Shown here piece after piece: positions 1-8,697 of a stretch of 32,000 nucleotides of DNA (position 1 is the first letter of the stretch; each line of letters opens with the position of its first letter). Origin of the DNA: Desulfocapsa sulfexigens DSM 10523. GTDB lineage: Bacteria; Desulfobacterota; Desulfobulbia; Desulfobulbales; Desulfocapsaceae. The notes under the pieces were generated by a model that was not told where the DNA came from, made no database searches, and saw nothing but the letters and a program-made list of their open reading frames with translations. The stretch is from contig NC_020304.1 in assembly GCF_000341395.1 (NCBI RefSeq), positions 630,001 to 662,000 on the forward strand, in the 5' to 3' direction. Made by a program: the position numbers and the translations under genes.

Positions 1-587
1 TGCAGAGCAGACTGCTGCCAGCTTTTAATAAAATCGCATTCCAGCGTCACATACCCCTCGAGGGCATCTTCGGGGTTATTGGGATCCTTGCGACGATTAA
101 CAAAGCCCACCGGATTCCATGCATATCCCTTTCCCCATTTATAGGATTTTTTCCCAAGCGAGAATGTAGCGGAGGGAGTGGGTTGCAGAGACACATAGGC
201 GGCGTTCACAAGCGTAAGGTCACTCCAGCCAATGGTATCCTGTTGCGCGGCAGCCTTAAGCTGTACATTTAGACTGCTTATACCATATTCATAACTGCCA
301 TCAAGCTGTATACTGCCATAGAGCGAATCCATAGTGGATATATTGGGATCGGTAAGATTCAGGCGAGTAAAAACAGAGCCCTGGTTGATATCCGCATGCT
401 CCCCCCTCAGCTCAACATACCCCCCGAGCTGATAGGGCTTCTTCTCAATCTCTTCAAGGTCAAAGGAGAATTCGTCACTACCATTTACAGGAGCAGCAAC
501 TAACAGCAAACCAGACAGCAATAAAATCTTTGAAAAAAGAGATACAGTTATTCTACGATGAACTGTCCCTTTACTTTCGTAATTCAT
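1..587 (-). CDS. Secreted, probable outer-membrane protein. N-terminal part only, since the gene runs off the window edge. Last gene of the LolA-like/ABC operon.
   Basis: Absent from the ORF track because it is truncated. My reverse-strand translation from the ATG (forward 587..585) reads MNYESKGTVHRRITVSLFSKILLLSGLLLVAAPVNGSDEFSFDLEEIEKKPYQLGGYVELRGEHADINQGSVFTRLNLTDPN... and stays open to position 1. It has an N-terminal signal peptide and then Y/G/S/T-rich alternating segments. It overlaps the stop of the upstream LolA-like gene by 17 nt. Confidence 0.6.
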   Translation of the reverse strand, partial: MNYESKGTVHRRITVSLFSKILLLSGLLLVAAPVNGSDEFSFDLEEIEKKPYQLGGYVELRGEHADINQGSVFTRLNLTDPNISTMDSLYGSIQLDGSYEYGISSLNVQLKAAAQQDTIGWSDLTLVNAAYVSLQPTPSATFSLGKKSYKWGKGYAWNPVGFVNRRKDPNNPEDALEGYVTLECDFIKSWQQSAL

Positions 588-1317
588 TAATCCGAGACAT
601 ATAATTCAAGGTAAAGACTTCATCGGCAAATTCTTTTTTCTCTACCTTGGCAAAGAGCATCACCGACCGATAGCCCTTATGTAGAGGACTGTCTGTTTCA
701 AGGAGTGACGGCCGCACCATACCATCACCAAAATCCTGTATCTTTGAATAGTGCAGAGTTTTAATAAGCATTCCGCTCACCGCATAACACTCGATATCCA
801 AAGGCAGCAAAGACTCCTTATCAACCGTCATCTTTAAATGATCGTAGGCAACGGATGGTGATTTGGCCTTAAGATCCAGCTGATAGGTTTTTTCCTGTTC
901 ACTGATACCCGTTGCATCATACTCGACGCTGTAATCGAGGCGCAGAATGTCGGAGTTATTAAAAATGCCTCCGATAACCGACTGGAGACTGGTGATACGT
1001 AGAGGTTTTCCGACATTGGGAATATAGAGCCACATATTATCCCCAAGACGCAGAGTAGCCCTTCCCTCTTCGCTGGCGGGTGAGATAAAGAGAGCAACCA
1101 TTTTATCCTGTCCGGTTTTTACGGTATAGAGAACAAATTCCTTTTTTTTCCCATCGGGCTCGACGTTAATCAGTTTCCGATACATTTCGTAGGATTGAGG
1201 CTGCATGTTGGCATCGACCTGACGAAGAATCTCGTTTCCATCGAGGGCAAACGCTGTTCCTGTGTGAAGGAAGACAACAACAACTGAACATATTATTCTT
1301 TGTAATATTCTATGCAT
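571..1317 (-). CDS. Outer-membrane lipoprotein-sorting protein, LolA-like family
   Basis: 248 aa. The signal peptide is MHRILQRIICSVVVVFLHTGTAFA. Segments such as GDNMWLYIPNVGKPLRIT and SDILRLDYSVEYD match my memory of the LolA_like domain, which is usually encoded next to FtsX-type ABC exporters. A purine-rich RBS (AAGGAAAGGA) lies upstream of the start on the minus strand. Confidence 0.7.
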   Translation of the reverse strand: MHRILQRIICSVVVVFLHTGTAFALDGNEILRQVDANMQPQSYEMYRKLINVEPDGKKKEFVLYTVKTGQDKMVALFISPASEEGRATLRLGDNMWLYIPNVGKPLRITSLQSVIGGIFNNSDILRLDYSVEYDATGISEQEKTYQLDLKAKSPSVAYDHLKMTVDKESLLPLDIECYAVSGMLIKTLHYSKIQDFGDGMVRPSLLETDSPLHKGYRSVMLFAKVEKKEFADEVFTLNYMSRINELRK

Positions 1318-1343
1318 AACTTATTTATCCTTTCCTTCAGAAT

Positions 1344-2588
1344 TCAAACATGACGCAGAGCTGTTATCGGATCCATCTTCGCAGCTTTCCAGGCAGGCTG
1401 CAAGCTGGCAAGCACCGAGATAGCAACAACAATAACTGAAACTGTGATCACCTCTGAAGTCCCTATGGTAGGTGATAGAAGCAGACCTTTCTGTCGACCA
1501 AAGTCAAAACTGATCTGAAAGATATTCATGGCATAAATGGACCCCAGACTGATAACAACACCAACAAGCGTCCCGAGCAAGCCCAGCAGAAAACCTTCCA
1601 TGATAAACAGGGAAAGGATTTTATTGGGAGCAGTGCCAATGGCCGCAATGGTTCCGATTTCATTAATACGTTCATATACGGCCATTATCATCACATTCAT
1701 GATACTCACCAGAACAATGGCCACCAGCATTATCTTAATAAACAGTGTCATAAGATCAATCATACGGGCAATATTGAAAAAAGGTGAAAGCTTCTCCCAG
1801 GTATGAACATCAAACACAGGTTGATCCATTTTGTTTTTTATCGACCCGAGCGTATCGTTCAGGCTGGCAAAAACAGCTTCCAGAGACTGAATCGTTCTCA
1901 GGCGAATGGCAATTTCGCTGACCTCTTTATCCTCCATGCGCAGGAGACTTCTGGCATCCTCAATATGGATAACACCATCACGCCCACCTGGCCCGGAAAT
2001 CCCTTCCAGAATACCTCGAACCACAAAGGGCTGACCGTTCACCGATCCTTCCTTATTTGTGGCCACCAGCACAATTGAGTCACCCACCTGCACTTTCATT
2101 CCCTTGGCAATCAGTTCGGGAACCAGGATTTCACCCCTTTCTATGAGCCCATCCTTCTTCCCTTCGATGATCCGTTTCTCAAGCATGGGAACCGTTTTCA
2201 GCTCCTGCTTCGGGTTGACAGCGTTAAGGCGAATATTGGTGGTTTCGGTATAATTACTGAACATAGCCCCAAGCTTGAGCCGCATGGAGTACGCTTCGAC
2301 ATTACTATTCTGATCCAGGTTTTCTTTGACCTTGTTAATCTGTTTACCACTAAGGTTTTTGTCGAGCGGAAGGCTGTCGATGGATGCCATATATCCCTTC
2401 CGATGCACCTGCAGATGACCGAGCATGGAATCCGTGATCTGTCCTATCATCATACTTTTAAAAGAACCGGAGATAGCGACAAAGAGTAACACCGCCACTA
2501 CCCCCAGAGTGATAAGAGTAGAAGTAAGCATGGTTCGTCTCATATAGCGCCTGAGATTACGCAGGGCAAGTTTCAATACATTAAACAT
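1344..2588 (-). CDS. ABC transporter permease, FtsX/MacB/LolE-like
   Basis: I trimmed the track ORF 1344..2705 to the internal ATG (forward 2588..2586), which is preceded by GGAGGAG. The product starts MFNVLKLALRNLRRYMRRTMLTSTLITLGVVAVLLF. It has one N-terminal TM helix, a large periplasmic domain and a C-terminal FtsX signature (AVYERINEIGTIAAIGTAPNKILSLFIMEGFLLG). The start overlaps the ATPase stop by 8 nt. Confidence 0.85.
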   Translation of the reverse strand: MFNVLKLALRNLRRYMRRTMLTSTLITLGVVAVLLFVAISGSFKSMMIGQITDSMLGHLQVHRKGYMASIDSLPLDKNLSGKQINKVKENLDQNSNVEAYSMRLKLGAMFSNYTETTNIRLNAVNPKQELKTVPMLEKRIIEGKKDGLIERGEILVPELIAKGMKVQVGDSIVLVATNKEGSVNGQPFVVRGILEGISGPGGRDGVIHIEDARSLLRMEDKEVSEIAIRLRTIQSLEAVFASLNDTLGSIKNKMDQPVFDVHTWEKLSPFFNIARMIDLMTLFIKIMLVAIVLVSIMNVMIMAVYERINEIGTIAAIGTAPNKILSLFIMEGFLLGLLGTLVGVVISLGSIYAMNIFQISFDFGRQKGLLLSPTIGTSEVITVSVIVVAISVLASLQPAWKAAKMDPITALRHV

Positions 2589-3276
2589 GATCTCCTCCTT
2601 TGCCTTGCAGCAGCTTTCCATCTTCAAGGGTAAAGATCGTTTCTGCATTCCCCACAACCTTTGGATCATGAGTGGAAAAGACAAAACTCGTCCCAAATTC
2701 ATCACGCATTTTTTTCATGAGTTCAATCACATGATTTGCAGTGGTTCGATCAAGGTTGGCCGTTGGCTCATCGGCCAGCACAAGACTGGCGTTGGTCACA
2801 AGGGCCCTGGCAACAGCAACCCGCTGCTTTTGGCCTCCGGAAATCTGGCTTGGAAACTTATGCGCCTGCTCCTTCATACCAACAGCCTCAAGAAGCTCCA
2901 GCACGCGTTCCTTTCTTTTCTTCTTTGGCCAGTTCAAAACCATCAGTAGGGGATATTCAACATTTTCAAAGACGGTAAGTACCGGAATCAGGTTAAAATC
3001 CTGAAAGACGAACCCGATATGCTCTCCTCTAAACCGTGCCGCCTCCTGGCGATTGAAGCTGCTTATGTCTTTTCCAACCACGGACAGAGCACCCTTCGTT
3101 GGGGGATCTAGACACCCTATCATATTCAACAGGGTGGATTTACCACTACCCGAAGGCCCGACAAACGAGACAAAAGATGCCGGCTCGATAGTGAAAGTCA
3201 CCCCCTGGATTGCCTTCACAGGAATGTCTCCCGCCATATAGGTCTTTTCCAGCTGTTTTGCTACAACCACTGCCAT
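2581..3276 (-). CDS. ABC transporter ATP-binding protein, MacB/LolD-like
   Basis: 231 aa with Walker A GPSGSGKST, ABC signature ISGGQKQRVAVARAL, Walker B LVLADEPTANLD and an H-loop (STHD). A GGAGA RBS lies upstream. Confidence 0.95.
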   Translation of the reverse strand: MAVVVAKQLEKTYMAGDIPVKAIQGVTFTIEPASFVSFVGPSGSGKSTLLNMIGCLDPPTKGALSVVGKDISSFNRQEAARFRGEHIGFVFQDFNLIPVLTVFENVEYPLLMVLNWPKKKRKERVLELLEAVGMKEQAHKFPSQISGGQKQRVAVARALVTNASLVLADEPTANLDRTTANHVIELMKKMRDEFGTSFVFSTHDPKVVGNAETIFTLEDGKLLQGKGGDHV

Positions 3277-3857
3277 GGTGTCTCCTTTTTTTTACAATAT
3301 CTTATCAGTATTCTGCAACATCGCCTGTTCCCATACGCCGTCTGTCATCAAGCACATGGCATGCCATGTTGCGTGTTCGCATTTGTCTTACAACACAAGC
3401 TCTTAAAATAAAACAATTTAAAAATTTTCCGCACCTGCGCCCTGAAGAAGTGGGAGAATGGTGCTGTCTAATTCCTGTGCACTCTCATGGGGCCGCAAAG
3501 GGGAAGACTGTCCAGAAAATAGACAAAACGGAAGAACAAAAAAAGAAAAGAAATTTTAATCTTCACCTTTGCGTTCTCTAACGTTGAAGTATTATACTAC
3601 ATTTTAAAACCTGGTTACCACTAATTCTCAGCCTACCCGCATGAGGAGGAGTTGTTTCGTGTCGATCATACGGGCATCTGCGGCCAGGACGGCCGCAGCA
3701 GAGGCCCCAAAGATGGGGTTATGGCGTCCCATATAATCGATACGGAACAGCTCCGGGTTGCAAAGCTGAGTTTTGATGGTAATCAGGTTTTAAAATCATC
3801 GGAACAACTCTTGCGTACCGATACAGAAACAAAGCAACCAATAAAAAAGGAACTCCA

Positions 3858-4595
3858 ATGCTCTCTAAAAACGGCATTACATTTTTACTTCTGGCAGCAC
3901 TCCTTTTCTCTGTGATGGGATGCGGTACAACCAGTACAATAAAGAGGAGTATCATAACACGAGGTGAAGCATTTCCACAGATGTATGAGGAACAGCCCCG
4001 TTCCATTGCAATCCTCCCTCCATTAAACACAAGCACTCTCCCTGAAGCAGGGAATTACTACATGGCCACAATTACAACACCCCTCAACGCAGCCGGATAT
4101 CAGGTTACCCCCGAAGAAACGGTGAAGAATGTCATAGACCAGAACACCTTACATGACAATTCACTGTATTCGCTACCGCCACAAACCCTTGGGCAATATT
4201 TCGGTTCAGATGCAGCTCTTTTCGCCCGTATCAAGCAGTGGGACGTGGCCCATACGGCACTCCTCTCAAGACTCATCATTTCAATTGAGGCTGAACTTAT
4301 CTCCACAAAAACATCAAAGCAATTATGGCGTTACAACACCTCGATAAACATTGATCTCAACGCTGTCAAATCAACGGCGGGAGCGGGTTTATCACTGCTT
4401 GCAGGCATGAAAAAGGAAGATGTCGACAAAGCCACGGCAGATGCTCTCTCCCATGCCCTTCAATTGAACACAAAACTCATCAGAGATCTCCCATTCGGTC
4501 CGGGACATGAAGACTATTTGCAGGATCAGAAAATGGAGCTCATTGGCAGCATTCCCGGAAAAAGCATACTGAAACAGCCTCAAGACATAAAGTAA
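3858..4595 (+). CDS. Lipoprotein, DUF799-like (GNA1162-like) family
   Basis: 245 aa. The signal peptide ends in a lipobox-like VMGC. The core segment RSIAILPPLNTSTLPEAGNYYMATITTPLNAAGYQVTPEETV resembles the DUF799 pattern (ILVLPP.N.S...PL...GYYV.P) as I remember it. Confidence 0.6.
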   Translation: MLSKNGITFLLLAALLFSVMGCGTTSTIKRSIITRGEAFPQMYEEQPRSIAILPPLNTSTLPEAGNYYMATITTPLNAAGYQVTPEETVKNVIDQNTLHDNSLYSLPPQTLGQYFGSDAALFARIKQWDVAHTALLSRLIISIEAELISTKTSKQLWRYNTSINIDLNAVKSTAGAGLSLLAGMKKEDVDKATADALSHALQLNTKLIRDLPFGPGHEDYLQDQKMELIGSIPGKSILKQPQDIK

Positions 4596-4663
4596 CGCTT
4601 CATCGACACACCGGCCTTACATTTCGGGGGAGACATAAAAAACATTAAGACAGATCCTGAAAA

Positions 4664-5686
4664 ATGACTATCAAAAGGAGAGGAATACCAGTGAAAGCCA
4701 CAATAAGTGTCGCACTTGTACAATTGTTTTTTATTCTGCCAATAACTGCTGCATTGGGCCTTGCAGCCGACATTGAAGGCAGCAGAGATCATCCGCAGTT
4801 CAAACGGTATGAAGGTTCGGAAATCGTCAAATATGAACATAGGAAATATGACAGTCTTATCATTCCGCTCGGCAAAGCTACCAACTCACAAACGCTCAAA
4901 GATTCACGGGAGATTGAAGGTGCCATCACTCGCCTGACATACAAGATCCCCATGGGACGTTCTCCGCTGGAAGTCATTCGCAACTATGAAAAAGAATTGC
5001 AGGCAAATGGTTTCAAAGTGCTCTTTTCTGGCCAAAAAGATGCGTTGGGAAGCTATTTTGCAGAAGCAGCAGGATATAAAGAGATCAAATGGCCACCCAA
5101 TGTTCCTGGACTTACTCTGAACAGCGACAAACAGATATACATGGCCGCTGAGAAAACTGAACCGGGTGGTTCGGCCATGGTAACTTTGTACGGTGTTGAA
5201 AACCGCTTCTGGGCTGGTAATTTAAAAAACGTTGAGAAGGGTCAGACTCTTCTTCACGTGGATATAATTGAAAGCAAAATCATGGAAGAAAAAATGGTTA
5301 CAGTTGCTGCAGAAGAAATGGCAGAGCAGATCTCAGCTTCCGGCAGTATAGCACTTTATGGGATTTACTTTGATACGGACAAAAGCACTATCAAGCCTGA
5401 GTCAACAGACACACTTGAGCAGATAGCCAAGTTACTACAAGACAAAACAGACTTAAATCTTCTCGTGGTCGGGCACACAGACAACGTCGGATCATTCGGC
5501 TACAACCTAAAATTGGCCCAGGATCGTGCTGGTGCGGTAGTGAGAGAACTTGGTCAAAAGTACGGTGTTCAACCAGATCGACTCAAGCCTGTTGGCGTGT
5601 CGTATGCTTGTCCGGTTTCCTCGAACAGATCAGAAAACGGGAGGAGTAAAAATCGCAGGGTCGAGCTGGTAGAACATACTCCCTGA
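4664..5686 (+). CDS. OmpA-family peptidoglycan-binding protein with an N-terminal DUF4892-like domain
   Basis: 340 aa. The C-terminal OmpA_C motif reads YFDTDKSTIKPES...LLVVGHTDNVGSFGYNLKLAQDRAGAV...NRRVELV. The N-terminal GSRDHPQFKRYEGSEIVKYEHRKYDS pattern is typical of DUF4892. An in-frame GTG at 4691, preceded by AAGGAGAGG, is an alternative and perhaps better start. Confidence 0.85.
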   Translation: MTIKRRGIPVKATISVALVQLFFILPITAALGLAADIEGSRDHPQFKRYEGSEIVKYEHRKYDSLIIPLGKATNSQTLKDSREIEGAITRLTYKIPMGRSPLEVIRNYEKELQANGFKVLFSGQKDALGSYFAEAAGYKEIKWPPNVPGLTLNSDKQIYMAAEKTEPGGSAMVTLYGVENRFWAGNLKNVEKGQTLLHVDIIESKIMEEKMVTVAAEEMAEQISASGSIALYGIYFDTDKSTIKPESTDTLEQIAKLLQDKTDLNLLVVGHTDNVGSFGYNLKLAQDRAGAVVRELGQKYGVQPDRLKPVGVSYACPVSSNRSENGRSKNRRVELVEHTP

Positions 5687-5796
5687 TGGGAAGCGAAATA
5701 CTTCGTCCACGGCGTTTATTTCTTGTTCGTAAAACAAATTGCCCCCCTGCGACAACCGGGAAACCACACAAACTGTTACTAAAGAGGGAGGACCCA

Positions 5797-6300
5797 ATGA
5801 AACATTTCTTTTCTTTTACTTTTATTTTGTTTTTGAACCTTACCATAGGGTTATCAGCAGGGATCTGCTCTCAAAACAAAAACAATATCGATCCGTGCAG
5901 CCTGATAGCAACTGAAAAACTTTCTGCCATTTTTCCAACGTTACTGAAAGCAGAGAAACAGTCAGTTGGCCCGGAAACAGTCTGTAACTATCTTGACAAG
6001 ATGGACATTCCGGCACTAATCATCTCAGTGACCAGGGCAGGAACCAGCGTACATCGTTCTCTCTCAATGCTTGGTTCAGGATACGTGATTGAAGATATCA
6101 GCGGTCTAGGGGACGAGGCTGCTATTGCCATTCAGCAGGCAAATCCACGGTTTGGCTTAAAAGAGGGAATTGCGGCTATGCATATCAAAAAAGGAGATCG
6201 TTCCCTGACATTCTCCTTCTTTCGTATCAGCCTGATGCCAGATGAGCCTGCGTTTGATAAAATCAAGGCACTTGCAGCGGAAATGATCGGTAAGCTATAA
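5797..6300 (+). CDS. Hypothetical secreted protein or lipoprotein
   Basis: I trimmed the track ORF 5686..6300 to the ATG at 5797, which follows AGAGGGAGGA and immediately yields a signal peptide, MKHFFSFTFILFLNLTIGLSAGIC. I recognise no family. Confidence 0.55.
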   Translation: MKHFFSFTFILFLNLTIGLSAGICSQNKNNIDPCSLIATEKLSAIFPTLLKAEKQSVGPETVCNYLDKMDIPALIISVTRAGTSVHRSLSMLGSGYVIEDISGLGDEAAIAIQQANPRFGLKEGIAAMHIKKGDRSLTFSFFRISLMPDEPAFDKIKALAAEMIGKL

Positions 6301-6550
6301 GCCCAAAATATTCTTAAAACCTACAAGCACATCTATCGGACAAACACTTGTTATTTAACGGATATTTCAACAGGACAGTAGGCTTGCAATAGCTCATACC
6401 ATTCTGCTTTCACTTCGTTTGGAAAGAAAATTACCTTCTGAAAAATTTCTTTTGTCCTTTTTAATTCCTAAGTGATACAATTTTTTTTTATCCTTAGTAT
6501 TGCACTATCCGTGTCACATTTTTTATTATCCATTACCTTAGGAGGACAGT

Positions 6551-7546
6551 ATGAAAAGAGCATGTTTTAAGGGTTTTGAGAGAAAAGCAACACTTACAAC
6601 TGCTGCTGCGATTGCCCTGATGATAGGGGCTACTCAAGTAAATGCCGCCAAAGTCAGCACTCAGGAGTCCACTGAAATGACAACTGAACGCGCAGGTGTC
6701 AGCTTTTCCGCCCGTGCAGGTGTTGGTTATCTTACAGGACAGGCCCACGAGTATGTCTATTGGAAAGAGCTGGGTGGACACACTGCCAGCGAACTTGTTT
6801 GGGATATCGATTCCATGGTCATGTTAGGGATTGGAGGAACAGTCAAACCATTGGAATGGATGAGTATAAATGGTGACGTGTGGTTTAATATCGGTGATGG
6901 TGACGGGAATATGGTCGACTATGACTGGATGGTACCCGGGATGGACTGGACTGACAGATCCACTCACGACGATACCGATGTGAGTACCGGCTTCATGTTT
7001 GATATGAGCTTGGAACTAACTGCCTTTAAAACAAGCTCTGTCTCCTTTAACGGTATTCTTGGTTTCCGCCGCGATGTTTTCGAATGGAAAGCCATGGGCG
7101 GTTCCTATATATACTCTAGTAACGGCTTTCGTGATACCGTAGGAAATTTTCCTGATGGTGAGCTTGGTATTACCTACGAACAAACATTTGATGTACCCTA
7201 TTTTGGTGTAGGAATGGTGGGTGACTTTGACCAATTCCACTTCACAGCAAAATTCATTGCCAGCATGTTTGTCAGTGGTGAGGCTATAGATCATCATCAT
7301 ATGCGTGATCTTGTCACCACCGACGATTTCAGTGGTGAAAACATGTGGGCCATCGATATAGCAGCATCCTATGACATTACTCCATCCCTTGGAGTGGAAG
7401 CAGCCTATTTCTACGAAAGCTATGACACCATGACCGGAGACTCTACCTGGGATTTTGGCTCTGGTAACGTTTCTGTCCTCTCTGATGGGGCAGGAGCAGA
7501 TCTTGAGGTCTCCATGTTCTCTCTGAATCTAATATACACCTTCTAG
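6551..7546 (+). CDS. Omptin-family outer-membrane aspartyl protease (peptidase A26, OmpT/Pla/PgtE-like)
   Basis: 331 aa with a signal peptide ending VNA. It is collinear with E. coli OmpT as I remember that sequence: GNMVDYDWM vs GNMVDQDWM, WTDRSTHDDT vs WTDESRHPDT, GGSYIYSS..GFRD..GNFPDGE..I.Y.Q.F..PY.G, and the C-terminal YTF. The catalytic pairs are retained: D123/D125 (nt 6917-6925) and D247/H249 (nt 7289-7297). AGGAGGA lies upstream of the ATG. Confidence 0.9.
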   Translation: MKRACFKGFERKATLTTAAAIALMIGATQVNAAKVSTQESTEMTTERAGVSFSARAGVGYLTGQAHEYVYWKELGGHTASELVWDIDSMVMLGIGGTVKPLEWMSINGDVWFNIGDGDGNMVDYDWMVPGMDWTDRSTHDDTDVSTGFMFDMSLELTAFKTSSVSFNGILGFRRDVFEWKAMGGSYIYSSNGFRDTVGNFPDGELGITYEQTFDVPYFGVGMVGDFDQFHFTAKFIASMFVSGEAIDHHHMRDLVTTDDFSGENMWAIDIAASYDITPSLGVEAAYFYESYDTMTGDSTWDFGSGNVSVLSDGAGADLEVSMFSLNLIYTF

Positions 7547-7554
7547 TAAATATT

Positions 7555-7590
7555 CAGCCTGGTAAGCGGTGCTACTCGTTTACCAGGCTG
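7555..7590 (+). terminator. Stem-loop just after the omptin stop. Possibly a terminator or an mRNA-stabilising hairpin.
   Basis: An 11-bp perfect inverted repeat, CAGCCTGGTAA (7555-7565) and TTACCAGGCTG (7580-7590), flanks a 14-nt loop. It starts 9 nt after the TAG stop. No U-tract follows, so it is not a canonical intrinsic terminator. Confidence 0.35.
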
Positions 7591-7602
7591 AGATAGGGAA
7601 GT

Positions 7603-8361
7603 ATGCACCTTAACCGACTGTTACAGTTCATTGTTTTCTGTTTTTCTCTCTCTTGTTCCACAACCGCCATGACACAGGGAATTACCTGGACGACTCAACA
7701 GCAATCAGAAAGCAACTCCTGCAATAAAGGAAATGACTCTTCTGTTTCACGTATCTGGGTGAATGATCAACTGACATACATTGATGACGAAAACAAAATC
7801 ATATCTGTAGATTATTCTACCATGCGACTGTATCACTATGATAAGGTAAGCGGACAGTGCACCCAATACCGACTGGAGTCTCAAAAGAGTGCTTCAATAT
7901 CTGCAGAGTCGGACAGCAAGGTTGTCACAGCCAGTGACCTTTTACTCGCTGAAATTCAGGTTTCAGAAACCACAGAAATCAAGAAAATAAGCGGATATCA
8001 ATGTAAGAAAAAAACGGCTTTACTTGGTGCTGGTTTGTTTCGCTTTAAAAATTTTGGGCCGAAAGTGTTCAACCGCTTCGGTCAGACGCTCAGTGAAGGG
8101 ACAGGTAGCTACTGGGTATCAAAAGATCCGGCTATCTGGTCTCACCTGCAGACTGTAATTGAGCAACGGGTAAAATACTTTGCTGCAGTCCCGCTTCTCA
8201 ATCGCATTGACCCATTGGGACTTATGGGAAAACTCAAAGGTTTCCCCATGGAGAGCACCGAAAAGAATGCTTGTCAGACTGTTACTGTTACATTGCTTGA
8301 AGCGCCGGCTGGAAGTAATTTGAAACCGGAGTTACCACCTGCCTGCCAAAGCACCCACTAA
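7603..8361 (+). CDS. Hypothetical secreted protein
   Basis: 252 aa with the N-terminal signal-like segment MHLNRLLQFIVFCFSLSCSTTAMTQG. I recognise no family motif. The ORF is long and has no competing overlapping ORF. Confidence 0.55.
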   Translation: MHLNRLLQFIVFCFSLSCSTTAMTQGITWTTQQQSESNSCNKGNDSSVSRIWVNDQLTYIDDENKIISVDYSTMRLYHYDKVSGQCTQYRLESQKSASISAESDSKVVTASDLLLAEIQVSETTEIKKISGYQCKKKTALLGAGLFRFKNFGPKVFNRFGQTLSEGTGSYWVSKDPAIWSHLQTVIEQRVKYFAAVPLLNRIDPLGLMGKLKGFPMESTEKNACQTVTVTLLEAPAGSNLKPELPPACQSTH

Positions 8362-8697
8362 TCCAAACCGGGCTCGTTGCCGTTTCCAGACAACGCCATG
8401 ATTTATCTCTCCTGTTTTACTCATATCCTGCCATGGATTCTTTCCATGGTTCCTGGTAACATAGAGCATCAGCCAATCCTTTTCCACATCTCTTCAGTTG
8501 TGAAGAAGGGAGCAAAAATAGTTTGTGTGAAGCTGAGAAAATACAAAGACCTTCATGGAACGTTAACCGGCATTTTTTCCACGACAGTACGTACGACAAA
8601 GCACTCTTTGTTAAAAATCCTACAATATGGTATTGTTAACCAATAGTTTCCTAAAAGAATGTAACTTCAAAACCACTCCACACATGTTATCAAACAT

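Noticed and set aside
1344-2705. N-terminal extensions offered by the ORF track: permease from 2705, secreted protein from 5686, fructokinase from 13681, mgtE from 14720, cytochrome from 20326, NHL-2 from 27424
   Set aside because: The extensions use GTG, TTG or upstream ATG codons, overlap the preceding gene or add residues unlike the family. The internal ATGs give proper signal peptides or family N-termini, in several cases behind clear Shine-Dalgarno sequences. The 5686 ATG does overlap the OmpA stop (TGATG), so coupling cannot be fully excluded there.
3210-4036. ORFs 3210..3581 (+), 3652..3915 (+) and 3719..4036 (-) in or next to the divergent intergenic region
   Set aside because: They have low-complexity or Cys/Arg-rich improbable sequences, overlap the ATPase start or the DUF799 gene, and lack a proper start context. 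The region is treated as non-coding.
8377-8646. An 89-aa ORF (+) and a 60-aa ORF (-) in the spacer upstream of sps, plus a small CCATGGA/TCCATGG hairpin at 8431-8449
   Set aside because: There is no RBS, signal peptide or family motif, and the hairpin is short and has no context. This is most likely a promoter or leader region for the sucrose operon.
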